A DNA stretch of 63,852 nucleotides, counting the filler, from Craspedostauros australis (lineage: Eukaryota), in assembly GCA_030167865.1 (NCBI GenBank). It is 22 parts of 22 records of this genome, joined end to end, with 100 filler letters (N's around TTAATTAATTAA, not from the genome) between each part and the next. Parts side by side here need not be neighbours in the genome. Positions count along the whole stretch, not along the records: positions 59,706 to 61,817 come from JALAGF010003273.1; positions 61,918 to 63,852 come from JALAGF010003277.1; 20 more parts are not named here. The stretch is one strand, 5' to 3'. Under the pieces are notes generated by a model. It saw only the letters and a program-made list of their open reading frames with translations, did no database searches and had not been told where the DNA came from. Each line of letters opens with the position of its first letter. Position 1 is the stretch's first letter. This document shows, piece after piece, positions 59,706 through 63,852 of this stretch. A program made the position numbers and the translations under genes.

Positions 59706-61817
59706 CATCCTGCATCTCAATCTGATCAACTCACAATGCAGACTATTCAAATAACAAATAGCACAACTCAAGATCAGCACTACAACACTAATCTACTTCA
59801 TTGCCACATACTACTAATCTCCAGACGGTCGCCTCACGTTGACTTCATCATCAGATTCCTTGAATCTGGTAGTCAGCTAGGCCATCCCTTCCGGATCGTG
59901 TCACAACAGCACACGAAAATCCAACTGGTAGCTGCGAGTGGTTACACCAACGTTCACCAACTCTTCTGAGCATCTTCCTCTGCCAACCGCTCGCAAGGTC
60001 TCATTGAGACCAAGCCCCAAGGCTACGCTCGCAAACCGAGCAACCTGCAAGGACCCTCAGGTCCAGAGTGGACACCAAGCTCCACAGCTCGCAAACCGAG
60101 CAATACCAAGCGGACCCTCAGGTCCAAGGTGGGCACTAAGATCCACAGCTCGAAAACCGAGCATCTCGAGAGGACTATAAAGTCCAAACTGACGATACCC
60201 GATCATAACATCGGACCGCAGTAGCCTCTGCTCAAGCAAGCTCAACCGCGCCTGCAGACCAGGCACCTGCCTTCTCTAAAGCCAGCATCGTTCTTCAGTG
60301 CACAACTTCAAAACGAAGTGAAGTCGAAGCTAGAGCAGTAGAACGCAGAACAGATCGATCCCTTCGAAGTCAGAGGACCCCTCAAGGACCCGAAACCGCC
60401 CATCATGGCGGAAGAGGACCCCATCCCAACGATGGGAGAGCTGCAAGCACAGCTCGAGACCTTTCGGACTGAAAACCTTCGCCTCCAAGAGGCAACGTTG
60501 ACAGCCGAAGCCAACGCTGAAGCAGCGAACATGGCAGCAGCCGTCTCCCAAGCCGCAGCTGACGCCATCACGGACCCCAAGCCAAAAGGAAGAAAGCGTC
60601 CGGAGGACGACAGCGATGACGACGACGAAGACCTCACCACCAAGCCAATCGTTCCCATCATGGGTGGAATGAACCAGCAAGGCCGCAACTGGGTACCCTG
60701 GACAGCAGGCGAACCAAACGTGGGGTGGACTGGCCTCAAAGAAGGGTCCCAAACTAGATGAACCAACGCCCAGCAGCAGAGAATCCTCCACAACGGAGCC
60801 GACTCTGCGAACCAAGCCAAGCGCGAAACCGGTTTGACCGACAAGTTCAAGAAAGGTGGCAACATCCAGCAATTCATTCGGCTGGTACACAACCACATGA
60901 GCAAGACGGGACTCTTAACCATGGCATACATTGTCGATGACGCTGCAACCCCAACAATGACATGTGTCCTCGACTCACCTGCCTCCTTCACCCTTGAAGA
61001 CTCAACGAGGCATTTCGAAGCGTACCACAAGAAGTGGGACAACTACGACGTCCAAAACAACTGGGCAGCCGCCGCGTTCTTCCGCGACAGCCTTGACCCA
61101 GTTCTCGAAGATCAGCTCATGAACCGAATCGAAAGAAAGTATCACAACCACTTCCTAACCCTCTTCATCGAATTCATGAATAGCATCACCGCCAACTCGT
61201 TGGACGAGCAAGACAAGATTGCCAAGGACATCCGTCAAGTCGACTGCTCTCAGTTCGCTGGTGAGAACGTCGGTGAAATGGCTGTTAAGCTTCGCGCCCT
61301 CTGCAAGAGCCTCGATGACGCTGGTCGCTTCGACCTCCATCTGCTCCGCAACATCCTTGATGCCTTCCTTCAGGCAGGCGGCAAGTTCCTCTCCGGTGAA
61401 CAATACCGACGTCCCCTTTATGTGATGAAGGATGATCTTGAGACAATCCTCAAGCGTCTCCCCATATTCACGTACCAAGAAGCTCTTCCAAAGCTCGCAG
61501 CCAATGACCTCACCTGGATGGCAATCTGCAACAAAGCGCAGGCTTCGTACGACAACGAAGTACGTGGAGATCGTTGGCACGCCATTAGACGCGTCAAGGA
61601 CCGCAACATCCCCAGGCAATCGTACTTCAACAACGTAGCCAAGCATCCAAAGGCAAACATCCTTGAGCAACACAAGGGTTTCGGAAGGAACAACGCGAAG
61701 AAGAAGAATCAACCAAGGAAGCCCAACAACAAAAACGGCAATCGAAAACCGAACCAAGGTTGGGCATCCACGCCACCCAAAGCGGGTGAACCACAGCGCA
61801 AGCTTGTCTACGACAAG
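59706..61817 (+). mobile_element. 5' part of an LTR retrotransposon (probably copia): LTR end, PBS, structured leader and gag (60405 onward, one in-frame TGA at 60759)
   Basis: ...TCCA-AC-TGGTAGCTGCG junction; gag-like ORF with coiled coil, WVPWTAGEP..W, helical core (FAGENV) and basic C-end WASTPPKAGEP. Confidence 0.7.
59926..59943 (+). promoter_or_regulatory. Primer-binding site, probably for initiator tRNA-Met
   Basis: TGGTAGCTGCGAGTGGTT is the reverse complement of AACCACTCGCAGCTACCA, a tRNA 3' end with CCA, A73 and U72 as in eukaryotic initiator tRNAs. It lies 2 nt after a CA. Confidence 0.7.
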
Positions 61818-61917
61818 NNNNNNNNNNNNNNNNNNNNNNNNNNNNNNNNNNNNNNNNNNNNTTAATTAATTAANNNNNNNNNNNNNNNNNNNNNNNNNNN
61901 NNNNNNNNNNNNNNNNN

Positions 61918-62344
61918 AAGTGCGTATGAGAGAATAACGGGTGAACGATGCACATATACACGTACATCTTGACATATACTCACATGTACATCTCGACACA
62001 TGAGCAAGCAATTGTGAAAGGAGAATGGGCAAGAACGTGCCAATACTGTGCATTTCTGGGCGCAAATGCGAAACTTTCTGGCAAGGAGGGAACCAAACCT
62101 AAACGAGTTACCAGGATGTGTAGCTTCTGTAGAGTCTATATCTGTAGCGAACATTGGGATATATACCATGGAAAGACGTGAAACAGACACAAACAAAAAA
62201 GCAGTAGTTTCCAACGATAACACTAGTTGTAAGGGGTACATACTTAGTTTTCACGTAGGCCCTGGTAGGGCAAATGCGTTCAAAAAACAACTAGTGTCAT
62301 TATATCGCCCATAATATAGGCTTTAAGCTTGGGTCGTTAAGGGA
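61918..62344 (+). mobile_element. 3' end of a second piggyBac-like element (Cys-rich domain, stop 62181, terminal repeat)
   Basis: CQYC..RMCSFCRVYICSEHWDIYH; the terminus GGGTCGTTAAGGGA differs at only 2 positions from the left end of the 32921-36283 element. Confidence 0.8.
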
Positions 62345-62364
62345 TAGGAGTTATATGTCGAAAC

Positions 62365-62477
62365 AGTACTTTCACCTAGTCCTGAGTACTTTCGTCGAGT
62401 TTTGAGTACTTTCACCTAGTACTGAGTACTTTCACCTAGTACTGAGTACTTTCGTCGAGTCTGGAGTACTTTCACCT
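62365..62477. repeat. 20-bp tandem repeat (AGTACTTTCACCTAGTACTG and variant AGTACTTTCGTCGAGT), ~5.5 copies
   Basis: Directly visible. Confidence 0.9.
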
Positions 62478-62994
62478 TTTTTGAACCAGGATTTGTCTTG
62501 ATTTGAATCTATAGACGTTAAATGACGTTAAAACAAAAGCAGACAAGTATTCGGCTTAGTCAAACAGGCAATCCGAACAGGACAATTGGCGGAGAAGTCG
62601 TGTCGACCCATGACTCAGCCTGGTCGTGTTTCGTCGGTTTTCCCGTGTCTTCCAGGATAATCACCTTTGTAAGTTGTCATGAATCAATTGAGCGTGATAG
62701 TCCATCCGGGACTTGTCAGACATTTCCGATGTTGGCAGGTCACAAGGAACAACGAGCTATAGCCTCCACCACGTTGAAGAACATTGGTAAACATCAAATC
62801 ACGACAAGAAGACAACATCTGTCATGACAGACGCAGTTCCGCCCCTGCGAAAGCCACGGATCTATTCGACAACATGGGTGGAAACAGTTGGAGCTGGACG
62901 TTGAAACTGTCTGCTGCTGTTGTTGTCACTCGAGAACTATTCTTGTGTGTTAGTTGTACACTCTCTGGCTCGAATTTGCTTTGCTTTGTGGTGC

Positions 62995-63852
62995 CTATGC
63001 CAACTTTTTGCTATTGCCTTGGCATGAGTACATCACCACCTCAGGCTGCTGCTGCTGGCTCTTGATATCATTGGCGTTGATATTGTTCGAGCTTGCGGCC
63101 TTGGTCGGTGCTGCCTTCTCGGCTGATTTCAAGGCTTGCGATCGGTCCTCCTTTGGCATGAAGGGGGTGCAGATGAGGTAGATCAGGTAGAGGAAGAAGA
63201 TCATCATGTAGTTCGCCAGCGGGATGCGAACGATCTCGTGCATCTTCTTCATGCGGTCCATGTACTGGTAGGTGCCGACGACGGTGATAGCGAAGGCTGT
63301 CGTGGACAGCCGGGTGGCCCTGTCGGAAAGACCCAGGCCGTAGATCTGGGTGAGGAAGAAGATGCCCGAGAAGCCAAATCCGAACATCTGCCACTTGTTG
63401 GTTCCGTTACCATATGCGGTGACGACACCGTGCGGGATTACGCACATCTCGAGGAAGAGCTTCCAGCCGCGGTTCAAGTGCGCACGGTGGAACATGAGCA
63501 CGGACTGGCTGAGCAGCAGGAACATGTACCAGAATCCGTAGAGGTGGCCCGGAGTCGCTGCCATGGGGTGGTACCAGAAGGTGTAGATCAGACTCCACGA
63601 GAAGAAGTAGGAATGGTAGTTCTTGACGATGCTGAGGAACCGCTGGGGGAATGACATCTTGTATCCGAAGATGAGCCCACGCCAGGGCGATTCCATGAGG
63701 ATGATGACCTGCAGCATCATGGCGACGGACGCGATGGACGTGATCTCTGGCACGTCCTGCGCCAGGCCGTCGTAGAAGTAGCGCGTCTGCAGCCAGTGGG
63801 TGACGAAGCCAAACATGTGGATGCCGATCATGGCCCAATTGAACCAGCGCAT
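62995..63852 (-). CDS. Uncharacterised multi-pass membrane protein, 5'-truncated
   Basis: 285 open codons with strong GC3 bias, many TM segments and conserved-looking motifs HWLQT..FYDGLAQDVP, FWYHPM and WQMFGFGF. No function recognised. Confidence 0.75.
   Translation of the reverse strand: MRWFNWAMIGIHMFGFVTHWLQTRYFYDGLAQDVPEITSIASVAMMLQVIILMESPWRGLIFGYKMSFPQRFLSIVKNYHSYFFSWSLIYTFWYHPMAATPGHLYGFWYMFLLLSQSVLMFHRAHLNRGWKLFLEMCVIPHGVVTAYGNGTNKWQMFGFGFSGIFFLTQIYGLGLSDRATRLSTTAFAITVVGTYQYMDRMKKMHEIVRIPLANYMMIFFLYLIYLICTPFMPKEDRSQALKSAEKAAPTKAASSNNINANDIKSQQQQPEVVMYSCQGNSKKLA

Noticed and set aside
60759..60761. Second programmed readthrough stop
   Set aside because: TGA-ACC-AAC lacks a readthrough context and lies inside gag rather than at the gag-pol junction; more likely a nonsense mutation.
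62217..62301. Subterminal inverted repeat ATAACACTAGTTGT/ACAACTAGTGTCAT (and GAAAGCT/AGCTTTC near 36152-36174)
   Set aside because: Ordinary subterminal palindromes within DNA transposon ends; no separate significance evident.
62365..62477. CRISPR-like arrays (also 6171-6254, 20485-20558, 32631-32883)
   Set aside because: Head-to-tail repeats with no unique spacers, no cas genes and a eukaryotic context.
1..63852. Gene neighbourhood or operon-like system (e.g. RT next to ankyrin repeats as a DGR or retron)
   Set aside because: The neighbours are on separate contigs. All RTs have copia or non-LTR motifs, and no template/variable repeat pair was seen.

Overview
This is not one continuous locus. 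It is 22 short eukaryotic contigs joined by 21 artificial 100-nt linkers (N44-TTAATTAATTAA-N44), so adjacency across linkers carries no meaning. The content points to a diatom (inferred): CoDi-type Ty1/copia retrotransposons, Ambal-like RNase H-containing non-LTR elements, diatom-style LRR membrane proteins and short GT-AG introns. Most contigs are transposon pieces: about 8 copia fragments, 3 non-LTR fragments, one complete but decayed piggyBac-like element plus the 3' end of a second, a probable Sola3-like transposase, and a miniature LTR element. Host genes are an adenylation-domain protein, an EamA/DMT transporter, a D-amino-acid oxidase, an ankyrin/Asn-rich protein split over two overlapping contigs, two tandem LRR membrane proteins, a cytochrome b561, a TMEM144-like transporter, a STAND/TPR-like C-terminus, a hybrid histidine kinase C-terminus and an uncharacterised membrane protein. 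The most notable observations are: (1) a ~0.66-kb TRIM whose LTRs contain a tRNA-derived Pol III-type cassette, with TA...TA ends, a PPT and a 5-bp TSD; (2) a copia whose gag and intact pol are separated by one in-frame UGA in a CAR-YYA readthrough context followed by a stem-loop; (3) an unexplained conserved ~130-aa domain between integrase and RT in two related copia copies; (4) a copia 5' leader made of repeated hairpins with a compensatory change; (5) an ankyrin array that varies mainly at binding-surface positions; (6) piggyBac-like ends not flanked by TTAA. All family assignments come from motif recognition by eye; no database searches were run.
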